NCBI GenBank assembly: GCA_001179505.1 | Contig: CDMY01000427.1 | Location: 14,556-78,555, forward strand | Length of the DNA stretch: 64,000 nucleotides | Reading direction: 5' to 3' | Source of the DNA: Vitrella brassicaformis CCMP3155 | Taxonomy: Eukaryota; Protista; Chromerida | Part shown: in pieces, positions 37,933 to 51,273 of the stretch | How the letters are laid out: every line of letters begins with the position of its first letter | How positions within the stretch are numbered: position 1 is the first letter of the stretch | Made by a program: the position numbers and the translations under genes | The notes under the pieces: model-generated | The model's input: the letters and a program-made list of their open reading frames with translations, nothing else | The model's database searches: none | Told to the model about the DNA's origin: nothing

Positions 37933-39146
37933 TTAACTCCCCCCGTCCTTGTTGATACCGATAACCTCGCACAGCAGGTGGTTCCACGGCCGCAGCGCGC
38001 GGAACGTGTCCACGGCGGCCTCCGCCAGCGCACTCGAGGAGTAGAAATCTATGTCCTTGCCCTCCACCTTGGTGCCCACGTGGAAGGACTTGAGCTGCAA
38101 CAGCCTGACCGACGGGTGGTTCTTAGCGTAGCCCTTGGGCGCCGTCTTCAACCGGTCACAGCCCGCCAGTGGATCATCGCCTGCGCAATATGTGTCGACA
38201 CAATCAGCAGCCAGCATTGTTCGTGAATGGTTCTGCTGCGCGTGTCGTGTGGCTGACTGACCGAATGTCTGCTTGAACGATGCGTCGTTTGTGACGGCTC
38301 CGATCTGCTTGTCGCCTCCGTCGTCGATGAACTTGCGGATGGTGTCGAGGTGGGTGGTCGACGGGCACCACATGCCGCCGCCAAACATGCTCTCGCCACT
38401 CGGATCAACACACACGTAGTACCCTGACACACCACCACACCACAGAGCACCACACCAAGAGCACACACACATGAGAATGCCTTCCTGTGCACAGATGGGT
38501 CATATGCCGGGTGCTCACCCGGTGAGGGTGTTTTCTTGTCCCCGGCGTACGATAGGAAGGCCGACATGGACGTCTTGTACGGCCGCTGGTCGGGGGTGAA
38601 ACGCAAATCACCTGCATCAGGGAGGGACACACACGTGGGTGATTCTCGCACATCCATCGAACCTTCATTGTGTATGTTGTATCGTGCGTACGGTTCATCT
38701 TGAAGATGCAGTTTTTGGGGTCGAGGTCCTTGAGTGCCGGGTCGAACTCCGCCACCTGGGCGATGATGCCCTTGACAAACTCCTGGAAATCGGCTCTCGC
38801 AGCGTCGTAGTGCTTCTTGTTGGACTTGACCCAGTCGCTACTGTTGTTGCTCGCCTGATGGGGGGATGCAACCAACGCACACAGCAGGGACACAGCACAA
38901 AACACATCCATCCATTGCTCGCCCTCCTCTCTTTGTTTCCCATGCATCCTCGCCCACCAAATCATGCAGAAACGCTACAGTGGTCTCGTGCAGGCACGGC
39001 AGGCCACCGCCATCGCCAGCGGCAGCAGCGGCGGCAGCGCTATCGTCGGCTCTGGCTGGGCCGCTGGAGGTGCGGCAGGCCTTGAGCTGACGCACCTCAT
39101 CGCCGAAGAACACGCCTCCGTATGGGGTGCCCTTCCTCTTAGACAT
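37933..39146 (-). CDS. DUF2461 (TIGR02453-like) family protein
   Basis: Spliced segments TVAFLHDL|ASNNSSDWVKSNKKHYDAAR, CIFKMNR|DLRFTPDQRPYKT, GYYVCVDP..FGGGMWCP..HLDTIRKFID and RLKTAPKGYAKNHP..LLQLKSF. Confidence 0.88.
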
Positions 39147-39319
39147 GTCGCTTCTATTTCACCACACTCCGTTGCCTTCAAGCTCGCGCCTCGCGATGGT
39201 AGATCTCGCCTCACACACGAGTGCCTTCATCGATTGGAGCAAGAGGCGATTCATCCCATGGTGTTTTTCAGCGTGATCTGGCAACCGCCGTCTTGTATGT
39301 GACTTGTGACCATCTGACG

Positions 39320-41039
39320 ATGAGCTCTCCCGGTGTGGATCCGTCACCGTCGCCTGACTCTCTGTCACGGCTGCAGTCGCCCTACAGTACGGTGTCTGAG
39401 CCGGGGCATGAAGGCATGGGAGAGCGGCGGAGAGGGAGCAACTCTTCCACCTCACGACCTGGGAGAAGGCCAAGGTCAGCAACTTTGCTTCAGACGCTGC
39501 TTCAGACGCTTCATTAATGGCATGTTTCTCTGTCTTTGTGTGTGCGTGTTTGCAGGTCACAGTCGCTTCACGAGCCGCTCCTCGACAAGGCGACCCTCTC
39601 CCTCCACTCCTTCTTGGCCGAAGACTTATATCGAGACCCCGATGCCGTTCCAGGACTGCCAGGTTCACTCGGCCCGCCGGTGCGCCGCCGCACGGCCCCT
39701 GGGAGTCGGCTGTCGTGGCCCCCTGGTGGCCGTGAGGTGCCGTCGTTTCTGCCGCCATCGCCCCTGCCTGGCGTCAAGGAGGAGGAAGTCATCGGGGAAG
39801 ATGGTGAAGAGCTGATCGAGTATGAAGGGGTAAGCCGGATAGACAGGAGAGAGAGTGTGCATACACGTGCAGTGCACGCCTCTGTGTGTGTACGCCTCGG
39901 CAGGAGATGGTGGTATTGGTTCATCGGAAGAAGGCGAATGTGTTTGACACGGTGCTGACGATACTGAAGGCCTTCCTGGCCACCGCTGTCTTGTTCGTGC
40001 CCAGCGGTTTCCGCAATGGAGGCCTCTTGTTTAGTCCGCTGGTCATGCTGGTGTCGGGCCTGTGCAACATCACATGCATGGTCAGACTCATCGAGTGCTG
40101 CCAACCAGGTGGGCGCCTACACCTAGCCACGTTCCTCTGCTGCATTGTGTGTGTCCGGTGTGTAGATCGTGAGACGTTGGCAGAGATATCGCAGGCCGCC
40201 TTTGGCCATTGGGCGCGTGTGGCTGTCGACCTTTCCTTGCTGTTCAGCCAGGTGAGTGTGAGAGAGAGAAAGGTGGGAAGCGGCTGCATGACCATGTGTG
40301 TTGAACGTAGCTGGGATACTCGTGTGCATCACTCATATTTGTGGCGCAATGTCTGCAAGTGAGCTAACCAAAGGGGCTGGGAGGAAGAAGGAAACTAACG
40401 ATGGGCTGTGTGTGTGTGTGTGTGTGTGTAGGATGTGTTGTTGAGTCTGACTGATTGTTCGCCGACCTTCAACGGCACGGTGGTGCTAGTGACCTTCATT
40501 TGGCTGCAGCTCTTCCTCTGCGTGCCCACTGCATGGGTGCGCAGACTCAAGTAAGCCCGTGAACAGAGGAAATTCGTGGCCAACACACACGTGATTGGAT
40601 CTCCATGCAGGTATTTGGCCCCGTCGTTTCTTCTCGCTGATGCTCTCATCGCACTCGGCCTCGCATCGATTGCCGGGTCACTGACACACACTGGACGTGT
40701 CTGCATATCGGTCTAATTCATGCAAATGTTGTGTGTGCAGTTATGCTGCGTATCATTTAGGCAGCTCGGGCACCACCAGTTCAGTGCAGCTTGTGAACAG
40801 GACACACTGGCCCGTCTTCCTCGGCTTTGCCGTCTACCTCTTCGAAGGTACGCAGCGACGAACACACGCAGATGTGCAACCAGCCGTGACACAGAGACTG
40901 CCTGGATAGGTGTCCCGGCGCTGCTTCCGATTCGCCATGCAATGGAACAGGACGACCAACACAAACTGCCGACCATACTTAGCAAGACGTGAGCAAGGCG
41001 GGCAGACTGAGACAAGGATGTGGTACCCTTGCTGCACAC

Positions 41040-41078
<39 letters not shown>

Positions 41079-41934
41079 AGGATGTGGGGGATAGTGCTCT
41101 TCGAAATCTTATTTGGGATGCTGGCCTACTCGGCATTCGGCGCACAGACCAATCCCTTCATCCTGACCAATCTGCCCAACGTGCCCGTCACGTGGACACT
41201 GCAGGTAATTACCCATACACATGAATGAACCCATCAACGGGCCCAGTACCCTACCTCGTGTGTGTGTCTGTGTGTGTGTTTGTCAGTTTCTGTATGCCAT
41301 GGCCTGTCTATTGACCTTCCCCATCATCTTGTGGCCGGTTACAAGGGCCTTGGAGGGCTGGCTATTCGAAGGCACGCCTTTCTCAATCGCGAGAAAGTGA
41401 CTCACACGCAGACGTACACAGAGAGAGTGCAGCTGCCCTGGGTGCACGCATCGATTTGTCATCTGTGCGTGCCCGTAGGTGGCGGAAGAACCTCCTTCGG
41501 ACAGGTGTAGTTGTGTGTGGTGCGGTGGTCGCGACCATGGGCCAGAGTGACTTCAACTCATTCATCGCCATCGTGGGGTCCGTCTGCTGCGTCCCGCTGG
41601 GACTCATATACCCCGCTCTATTCCACCTCAAGTATGCAAACCATCTTACACGCACAGACGTTGCAGAACGCTCTTTTTCGCTTGCGTGGTCAGGCTGGTG
41701 TGTCTGCCTTCGTACTCTCCTGGTCTAATTGCGGGCCAGGACGGTGGCACGCTCAGTGGGGATGCACCACACGAGAAGGCGAGGCGAATGAAGGAGTGCT
41801 GGTGGGACAAGGGTGGTGTGCTCGACCTGGTGCTTATGGCGATTGGGGTGTGTGTGATGGTATTCACCGCCACGATGGCCATTCGGCTGTGGCGGAGCGA
41901 ATCACCCATTAGCCATTGCGGAAAGCTTCAGTAG
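39320..41934 (+). CDS. Amino acid transporter, Aa_trans/AAAP family (SLC36/AVT-like)
   Basis: Segments KANVFDTVLTILKAFLATAVLFVPSGFRNGG, FGHWARVAVDLSLLFSQ, FLGFAVYLFEG, LFGMLAYSAFG, FIAIVGSVCCVPLGLIYPALFH, after a long hydrophilic N-terminus. Confidence 0.9.
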
Positions 41935-42139
41935 AGTGGTGCTCGTGTCTATTTGTGTGTTGATTGTGTGGACATTTCTGGACTGTGTGTGTTGATTCAT
42001 AAAGCATTTCGTGGATGCAGCCCCGGCTCCACACATGAGAGACATGAAGTAGAGTTGCTGGCTGACAAATACAAACAAATACCCCATACGACCCCCCACA
42101 CACCACACCCACACGATGACACGACGGTTCCACGTCGCC

Positions 42140-44005
42140 TCATTTCTTCTTTTTGCCCTTTTTCTTTCCCTTCTTGGCCCTCTCCTCCTTCCGATCGTCG
42201 GCCTCCTGATGTGACAGCAACACACACACACATAACAACATACACGGAGAGATGACGCCAGTGACTGTTGTGTGTGTGGGTGTTTGCCTGCATGAGTTGG
42301 TCCATGAGGTCCTTCTCCTTCTGCGCATCGTCCTCCGCCGCCCTCTGCCAGTCAGCCAAACGATCCTGAACGGAACACACGCGCACGCACACGGCAATAG
42401 CCAGTTGCCAGGCAGATTTTTGTGTCTCTTGTCGCCCTCCCTGCCTACCTTCATTCGGTGCAGCCGCCTTTCCTCCACAGCTTCAATCTCCAACCTGACA
42501 CACACACCCATACAGTGACCGCCGGCCCACCTGTCACTGCGTGCTGAACTTACCTCATGGCCTCGAGAGCCATGTCATAGTGCTTCCTCCTGAGGTCCTC
42601 GGCATACATGGTGTGCCGCTCCATCTTCTCGCGACGCCGCAGCTCACTCTGCCGCTCACTGTTGCGCGCCAGCAGGGCCTGCAGACGACGGTGCTGCGCC
42701 ACCTCTGACACCACACACACAGGGGAGAGACACGGGTCAGAGTGGCCGGCCGGGTCGTGTGAACTCGTGTGTCTACCGAGCTCGTTGTTGCCCATGTCGA
42801 TCTGCGTGATGTATTCATTTCGTTCGAGGGACTTCAGCAGCGCCTCACCTGATGCCTGATAGAGCAGAGAAGGAATGCACCTGACGACAGACAGAGACGT
42901 GGCCAGTGCATGTCTCGGCTACGGGAAGAATGTGGTTTTTGAAGAGGTTGAGGACTCTGATCCCCCGGTTGTGCTCCAGCCTCGTGAAAAACAGTGTCAG
43001 GCCGCTCTCGTCGTTGCCATTCGCAGTCAACAGGTTGTTGGACAGATTGAGATACTTCAAGCTGGACGAAGCGACACACGCATACACATAGATGTTCACG
43101 TCTCCCTCGCTCCCTCTATCTGCAACACCCACCTGGTGTTCTCCTTGAGTGCCACTGCGAACGCCTTTGCCGATTCAACACCCAGATAGTTGCCCTCGAG
43201 GTCGAGCGCACCCAGGTACTTGTTCTGCCTGAGCATCTGCGCCACCACCTCACCGTCCTGGTCAGTCAGGCCGCGACGAGACAGGTCCAGGCTGAAGAGG
43301 GACTTGTTGTTGGCCAGACCATCCTGCAAAGAGAAGAACGGGCACGATGAGGTCAACCGAGGCGATGTTGTGATTGTCGTGGCTTGCCTGCATGAGCAGC
43401 CTGAGCCTGACGGGGTTGAGGTCGAGTCCGGAGAGGGCCACGTCTCTGTCTGACGTGTTGCTCTTGAGCTGATGGATCAGCTTCTCAAGACCTGACACAA
43501 GTGAATGGATGGAACAATCATCGATCGCATCTGTGTGTCCGTGGGGTCCTCACCTCCTTCCAGCCTGCTCCTCTGCTCCTCTTCCTCGCGCCTCTTCCTC
43601 TCCTCCTGCACACACACACAGGCAATCGTTGGTTATCGCCTGCCTCTCCGGAAGAATGAAAGACATGCAGTGGCGATTCGCTGACTGACCTCTTCCATTC
43701 GTTTCCTCCTCTCCTGCTGTCTCCTCTTCTCCTCCTGCTCTTTGAGGCGCCGCTCGGCCTCCTTCTGCTGCTGCTCCTTGATACGAGCTGCCTCCTCCTG
43801 CAGTGCACAGGCAACACACAACACAACAACACAGGTTTGCATGATGCATCGGTCGGTTTGTGCGTCTTACCTCTTTCCTTCTGAGTTCCATTTCCCTCTT
43901 GCGTGCGAGCATGGCCTTGGTCCTCTCAGTCTGTGGCAGAATCTCCACCACAGGCTCGAAGACCAGCCCGCCACTCGCAGGCGCATCGTTGTCGGCGTCA
44001 CCCAT
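42140..44005 (-). CDS. RNI-like leucine-rich-repeat protein with E/R/K-rich coiled coils
   Basis: LRRs LFSLDLSRRGL, LGALDLEGNYLG, LKYLNLSNNLL and IRVLNLFKNHI. Charged helical exons flank them, and the C-terminus is KKGKKKGKKK. Confidence 0.82.
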
Positions 44006-44258
44006 GACGGTGGAGGAATCAACGACAACAAGCAAAGAGCTGAAACAAACAGTGGAAAGTGTCCGAACCAAAAAGAAGCAGCAACTTGAATTCACTTTCA
44101 GCCCCACTGCAAGGTAGGGTTTCGTACGTTTCATGCCCTATCCACCCGATTCTTCTGTGTGCTGCAGATCTGCACCTTTGCTCAGCTGCAGGTGAAATAA
44201 CACTGTGATTGATGATCACGTGACGTGTTGCTTCGTATTTCCTGGTGTTCTCTTGCAG

Positions 44259-47047
44259 ATGGATTCTCTCGAGCTTGCTCTCGGGTGGGATGCGGATCTC
44301 CCAGAGCCCGATGAGTCCCCTGTCTGTGAGGTGGTCTTCATCAAGAGGGGTGAAGATCCCGATAGCGTTGGCGAGGGCCGCAGACTGCGTGTCAGCAGAG
44401 AGATATTGATGGAGTTCGAGTACTTCAGAACGGTGAGCAAGGCGAGCACACAGCAAGGACGCAGGGAAGAAATACTTGAGGGCTCTCTTGTGCTTGCATT
44501 GGCTTCGTTCAGATGGAGTCGCTCTCTTTGTCGAGCCATCGAGTGCAGCCATCCAATCGCTTTGTCATTGTGGATGTAGACTCGCAAGTGGCGGCCATCG
44601 TCCTGCAGAGCGAGAGGGCGATGGTCAAGTCGCTGACCGAGGACAACTTCATCGACGTGTTGGTGGCACTGGAGTACTTCACCGGTGGATGCTCTCATAG
44701 TGTCTTGAAATGTATCGCGACAAAGGTGGGAGCGACGGACACGTAATTGATGCACACATACTCCAACCCAACCACACTTGTGGTGGGCAGAAGCTTTGTG
44801 TGTATGTGTGTGTGCAGATAGACCGCCAGTTCCTAGGCGACAGCGTGTGTGTCATGGCCCTTCTGCAGTCCCTCGACCAGCCTCCCATCGGCCGCCTCAT
44901 CTCCGGCCACCTCCACCGGACTGCCCTCGCTGACATGGTGATCCACCATCCCGAGTGCATCAAGCCGCTGTACAACAGGGTGCCCGGCGATGAGGCCAGA
45001 CAGGCCGCTATCGTCCTCGTCGACAACATCGATCGGTCGTCCTGGTGGCCAGCGACACAGCAGATGGGGCACTTCCTCACCGAGGCCACCAACTCTCCTT
45101 CCCTCCGTGACGCACTACGTACGTGGCCGAGTCTCCCCATTTTTACCCCTCCGTGCCTGCATCTGTTTTCTTGTCGTCTTGTAATCTTCAGATAAGGTGT
45201 CCGCTTCCCGCAAGCGCTCCCTGCACACCCATACGATCGAGCCCTTCCAGCCCTTTGGGACCACCGCCACCCCTGTCACCCTTCAGGACCTTCGCGTGAC
45301 CATTCGACCCTGGAAGGTCTGTCGGTGTGCTCCAATGGACGATCAAGGCCACAAGGGTACGCCAATAGACTGATGTTCCGCATGCCACTCTCTTCATGCG
45401 TATGTGCTCTCTTCTGGGCGTCCATCAGGATTGGAGGACGAATCGGTTGACACGGCCAAGGCGCTGCACATGCGCATCGCCCAGAGCGGACACAAGGTGA
45501 CGGAGGTGACCAAGTGGCAGGTTCTCACGGTGCCGGCGCCTGCATTCCCCGGGACGGCGTGTCATTCGATCAGCGGCGTGCTAACAATCGAGAGGAAGGG
45601 CCAGCCCCCCGTGACCCTCCATAGCATCGATGACTTCGTGTCACCCATGTGTGTCACGATCGACGACGAGAAGTGTCAGACGTCGATGGAGGTGGCCAAT
45701 CTGCCGGCCGACGAGCTGGTGCGACAGGGGGTGGGGGATGTGCGGCTGAAAAAGGTGACGCTGCGGCTGACGGTGACGCGCTACCCATACGCGACGGTCG
45801 CATTGCACTATCTGCGCGTTTGTATTGAGCAGCGGAAGTGGAGTGAGATCAACCAGATGTCTCAGTAAGCGGACGAGAGACCAAAAAAGAGAGAGGGAGA
45901 GGGAGAGGGCAGACACAAAGACACGTCCGCTTTTGCTGTCGGTGTGGTGTGCGTGTCAGTGCACTGGGCAAGGAGGCAAGGGAGACTGTGCTCGAGCAGC
46001 TGTGTCATTTGGAGCCGAGGACCACCTCACGGCTGGCGGCCGTGGTGGGCCACTGGTGCCGCGACGCCATCACCGAGCTCAGCCCAGAGCTGTCGGCAGC
46101 CGTGGCCCGAGTGCCCAGCCCGCCCGACACCAGGACATCAACCTGCCCCAACATCCTCTCGACGTATAGTGATGACATGCGTGTGTTCCTCGAGCACGTG
46201 CTACCGCTGATGCAGCCCTCGCACCAGCGGCAGTGGTGCGAAGAGGCACGCGCCGTTGGGCCACTCTGTCAGCTCCTGAAGGAAACCAAGGTGAGTTAGT
46301 GAGTACCTGAGCACCTACTTGCTCACAAGGATGTGACGTTGTCCTAATCGTGTGTCCAGGCTGACAGGGACTGCATTAAGGATCTCCGTCGCACCATCCA
46401 AAACCTGCAGACGTGACACACACACACAAACACACACACACACACGCAGAGAGAGAGACAGAGAGAGAGGCGAAGCCATCCATGTATGTGGTCTCTACTT
46501 TTCTTCAGCGAGTCGGCATTGAAGGACGCTGAGATAGCACGCCTCAAGGCGAAACTTGGAGAGGCCTCACGCGACAGGTGAGGGGATAGAGGGGTCACGA
46601 AAGGTGGAAATTATAACCCCCCCNNNNNNNNNNNNNNNNNNNNNNNNNNNNNNNNNNNNNNNNNNNNNNNNNNNNNNNNNNNNNNNNNNNNNNNNNNNNN
46701 NNNNNNNNNNNNNNNNNNNNNNNNNNNNNNNNNNNNNNNNNNNNNNNNNNNNNNNNNNNNNNNNNNNNNNNNNNNNNNNNNNNNNNNNNNNNNNNNNNNN
46801 NNNNNNNNNNNNNNNNNNNNNNNNNNNNNNNNNNNNNNNNNNNNNNNNNNNNNNNNNNNNNNNNNNNNNNNNNNNNNNNNNNNNNNNNNNNNNNNNNNNN
46901 NNNNNNNNNNNNNNNNNNNNNNNCCCCCCCCCCCCCCCCCGACGGCTGTGCGATTTGTTTGTCTGCAGGAGTGGCGTGTCGTCGACTGACAAGGCATCCT
47001 CTCCGACCTCAACTCACGCAGACTGGTCAGCTTCTTATTTGCACTAG
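44259..47047 (+). CDS. Multi-exon protein with an N-terminal BTB/POZ-like segment and a C-terminal coiled coil
   Basis: RLRVSREILMEFEYFRT|M..FVIVDVDSQVAAIVL..LTEDNFIDVLVALEYF is BTB-like. Phase-consistent exons continue to TAG at 47045-47047, and the last intron contains the 46624-46923 gap. An acceptor directly precedes the ATG, so the start may lie further upstream. Confidence 0.6.
46624..46923. other. Assembly gap (300 N) flanked by C runs
   Basis: N run. Confidence 1.
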
Positions 47048-47786
47048 GCTGCCGCCGTTCGATGACATCGGTGCATTTCCCCTTGTGCTGTATTCCCTTT
47101 GATTTCAGCCAAGCCACCACGTCGACCACCACTACGTCGACCCCAGCTGCCGACAGCCAACGCGGTACGGGCGCGGATGCATGTACGGCACCCTGGCTGG
47201 CTTCGTGTGCGGTGCGCGAGCTGTCTGTCTGTGTGGTGTGTCTGCTATGCCGTCAGATGTTGCTCCATCGCCGCCAATCTTCATCTTTGGCCGGCAATAT
47301 TGATTGAGAGACAGATAGACTGACAGATGATGCGCGGTGCGGTTCGTAGACAGATGATGCAATTCGACTCGATCGCGATGTGCATACGAGATGCGTCTGA
47401 GGTCCGTTCACGCATTCATAGCTTGATGGACGGCCCTTCTGTCGTGTGTGTGTTCGTCTGTGCATGAGACCCTTTCCCCCACCCTACTGTACAGCCTTAC
47501 TATGCTATGCTATGCAATGCTCGTCTCAGACACGATTACACAATCACTCGGCGAAGGCTTAGCTGTGTGGCGTCAACCATGACCAGATGCATCCATTGCT
47601 CCCCGCCTCATGAACACACGACTACACCAAGTAAGTAGACGATGTCACCCTCCTTGCAATGTCATCATCACCAGCGTCCGACTCGCATGTCATTGCCAGC
47701 TCAACACCCACTGCACAGACAGAGGCAAGGCGGAGACACCACGTCGCACATCTGGCATTTTGTCGCTGGACGTGTTCGTACCGTCG

Positions 47787-49094
47787 CTATCGGCCGAACA
47801 TCCTGGCTGCGACGTCGGGTCCCAGCACAGCACGGGCCAGCCGAGTGGTCTGCGGGAAGCGGTTCTTGAAGGCAGCACCCACGCCCCACTCAGCCGCCTC
47901 GGTCGTGAAGAACCCAACACGCACTGCAGACCAGAAAACATGGCAACAAGTACCCATGCTGTGGTTATGAGGATGCCGATTCTGCGCTGAGCTTACTCAT
48001 CCCGGACATCCAGTAGTCCGGTCCGAGATGTCCATCCACGCGACGAATGAGTGGCTGGCGTCGGTCAGCACGAGACGATGACGACGGTCGCTGCCGGCTC
48101 CGCAGCAGAATGCGGTCGTGGTGCTGCATCCCTCCACTGGTACGTGGGGCGACTCCATCAGCAGGATGTGCAGCCGATTGTTCCCAGCATGCCTGAGAAA
48201 TGACGTGCGCACACACACACATCGACTAAGAGACACACGTGGGGACGGACTGCCTGTTCACCTATCGACTATGAAGACGCCAGCTTGATTCCACGCAGCG
48301 TTCGAATGAGTGCGCCCGAAGTGGCTGAGAAGGACTCTCTTGACGAGCGACGACATAGAGGAATCGGTGAATGCAGAATGAGACGGCACCGCCCCCCCGG
48401 AATGGGTAATTCTGCTACGAACGGGTGGGTCGTGCGGCTGTCTGTACTGCTGGTATGAGTGGCCGGCAGGGAGGGATGGGTTCAACGTGAGCTCGAGTCT
48501 GTTATAGTCCTTGATGGCGCGCAGCCTCCCGCCACGCTGGAAAATCCGCATCGTCAAGCCGTTACCCCAGTGGATGTGGCGGCCGACCATCTTGAGCTGA
48601 GCCAACACATGAGGAGTGGCCATGTACACCTGCACATACAATAAACACAGCCAATATCAGTGAGCCATCCTGACCATCCCCTGCCTGCCTGCCTGCCTGC
48701 TGACCATCTTGTTTTTGTGTTGGTGTAGATCAGCAGCAGTGAGGATGATGGGCAGCTGGCAGTAGCCCAACTGCATCGCCAGGTCAATCGCCTCAGCCAT
48801 CTCGCCCCAGCCACCCAACTCAACTACACACACGGCCGTCAGCAGCTCCGCCACATCCATCTGCCGATCGTCGAATGACAGCAGCTGCTGTCCGGTGGCC
48901 GTCCGTCGCAGCCCCGCCTGTGTGCTGAGGGAATGGCTGAGCCGCTGTCGCAGCTCAGGCGCTTGAAAGAGGTCTCTCAGCCATGTACAAGTCGTTCTCA
49001 GCCGCAATATGTCTGCGAGGCTCAGCACGTAGAAGGTCCGAGGGCCGACGAAGTAATACAAAATGGGATGCTGCTGATGGTGCGTGTGCTGCAT
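47787..49094 (-). CDS. Second member of the lineage-expanded F-box-like family (intron-containing)
   Basis: LSLADILRLRTTCTWLRDLF, ELGGWGEMAEAIDLAMQLGYCQLPIILTAADL, YMATPHVLAQLKMVG, HDPPVRS and FTTEAAEWGVGAAFKNRFPQTTRLARAVLGP*. Confidence 0.75.
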
Positions 49095-49382
49095 CACGGC
49101 GCCGGCGCAGCGGGATGAATCAACAGCACTCGGGACCAACCGGGTGGATTCCGGTGAGAAGGACGGGGCGAGAAGAGGCGATGGGTGAATCGCGATGCCG
49201 GGCAAGTTGAGGGCGAATGTGATGCGGGAAGCCCTCAAAAGAGCAACACAAAAGAGGGGAGATCTGCAAATGAGCTCGCAGATCTTTGCGAGCTTAGCCG
49301 CTTCCCTTCCCTCTCACAGCCCCCTTCTCTCGCCTTTCCCACTTTTCCGTCGGTTGATTGAGGCGTATCCCCGGTCTTCGTG
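49095..49382. promoter_or_regulatory. Putative bidirectional promoter with clustered AGATCT/AGCTCGCA/TGCGAGCT
   Basis: agatctgcaaatgagctcgcagatctttgcgagct at 49260-49294, between divergent genes. Confidence 0.55.
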
Positions 49383-50476
49383 ATGAAGGAGGAGAAGCAG
49401 AAGTCCCCGCAGGCAGTGGGAGATGCCCTGGCGGCCGTGAAGGTGGAGATCCAGAAGAAAATGGAGGAGAACGTGCGGCTGCTGGAGGCTATACAGCACG
49501 CCCGGCAGAGGGGAGGCGGCAGGCAGGAAACACTCGGGTGAGTGAGATGGATGTCGGTGGGTGGGTGGCTGCATGTGTTGCTCTGTGTGTGCGTGTGTGT
49601 GTGTTGCATGCAGCTACCTGGAGCGGCTGAACCACAATCTCTTCTACCTGGCGCTGGTTGCCGATCAGGTGAGGGTGAGGCCGCCTTGACACCTGTTTGT
49701 CCGTGTATGGCTGTGTGTGTGTAGGCTCCCCCCCTTCCACCCCGTGAGCACCCCCCACCGGTCACCCCTGCCACCAGCAGCGCGGGTATGCATTAACATA
49801 ACACTTCTGGAACCGCACAAGTTGCAAAGGGCCACACCGACACGATGCTGCTTTCGTGGGCAGGTCAGTCGCAGGCCCCGAGTTCAGTGCCTGATATGGC
49901 CAGCCACCACCACCACCACCACCAGCAGGTACGTTCTGATGACACACCCACACCCACACAGCGAGCTGATGAAAGATGAGTGTGTTCGTGTCCATGTGCT
50001 TAGGTGGCCATGATGCCGCCATCGGCCTCTGCAGCTGCTTCGATGGCGCAGCCACAGCCGGCACCACAGAGGGGAGCGTGGACACCACAGGTGAGACAGA
50101 CAGGGAGGGAGGAGGCATTGACAGAAGGAGAGGATGTCCACTGTCGCCGCAGGAGGTGGCCAGCCTGAACAATGCCATAGGCAGGGGCGTCCAGCCGAAC
50201 AGTGAGCACATAAACCGACACACACGAGCCTGCCATTCACACAGGAATCTATTGACAATGGTGCGTGTGTTGATCTGATCAGACTATGCGGCGCTGTCGA
50301 GCATGATCGGCACCAAGTCCGCCATGGAAGTGCACGCCTTCATACAGACACAGACCGCCAAACAGAGAGGTGCGCGTTGCGAGCGACTGACTGACCCTAA
50401 TGCGTTCGTTCACGTGTCTGTCTGTCCCACAGCGCCCTCTGCGGACGGCGCCCCCCCGCAGGCACATCCCATCTGA
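49383..50476 (+). CDS. SSXT (SS18/GIF N-terminal) domain plus SANT/Myb-like domain protein
   Basis: Phase-consistent exons give IQKKMEENVRLLEAIQHARQRG..ETLG|YLERLNHNLFYLALVADQ (SSXT pattern) and GAWTPQ|EVASLNNAIGRGVQPN|NYAALSSMIGTKSAMEVHAFI (SANT pattern). TGA at 50474-50476. Confidence 0.78.
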
Positions 50477-51273
50477 CATGATCATCAGGAATGACCAAGT
50501 TGATGTGCAGACTGACAAAGAGGGGCGGCTGTGGCATGTACAGATCAGACAGATGCATTTCGTACCGTGCTGTCGTGTCAATCTCTCCTTGACTGTGGCT
50601 GGTCGGTTCGTCCATGCCATCGCGGGGTCCAGGGACGTCGCTGGCCGAGTGTCCGCCACTGACGTCCCTGTATCGCGCGATGCTGTGGTAGATTCCGCCA
50701 CCCAGTGGGATGAGAGAGGGTAAGTGCAATGAGCTGTGCGTGTGTTGACACAACTGACTCGTGTTGCGCTGGTGGGGCGAGACAGGCTTTGTTTAGTCGC
50801 CAAATCACGTGTCCCCGCGTTTCTCATCCGTGTGTGTCTCACATGCACAATCCTTACACACACTGCAGCCACCCACACAAATAAAGGCATGCAGCGAACC
50901 CCCCCCCCTCACCGACCCACTCTTGCATTGGCCGCACCCCAAGGCAAAGAATGCATTGCGTCCATCCATCATGGTGTGTACCCATCAGCCCTCCCTCTGC
51001 ATATATGGGGGGCGAAAACTGTGTCGGCCTCTGTCTGTCTGCTCTGTCTGCTCTCTGCACTTGGAGGCCTCCGAGGCACGGATCCTCGAGACGTCACGTT
51101 GTCGTGCGTCCAAGGAGTCGTTCCTCAGAGACATAGCAGTGCAGAACAGCAGATCGCGGATGGCACGTTCTCCACAAGAGAGCACAGATAAAAGGATAGA
51201 GAGCATGGCGGCGAATTCCCATCTGTACATTCGCCCTCCCTCCTCGTTGTCTCTAATCTGGCCATCAAGCAAA

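Noticed and set aside
37386-37955. Plus-strand 189-aa ORF as a gene
   Set aside because: No recognisable motif or splice pattern; left unannotated.
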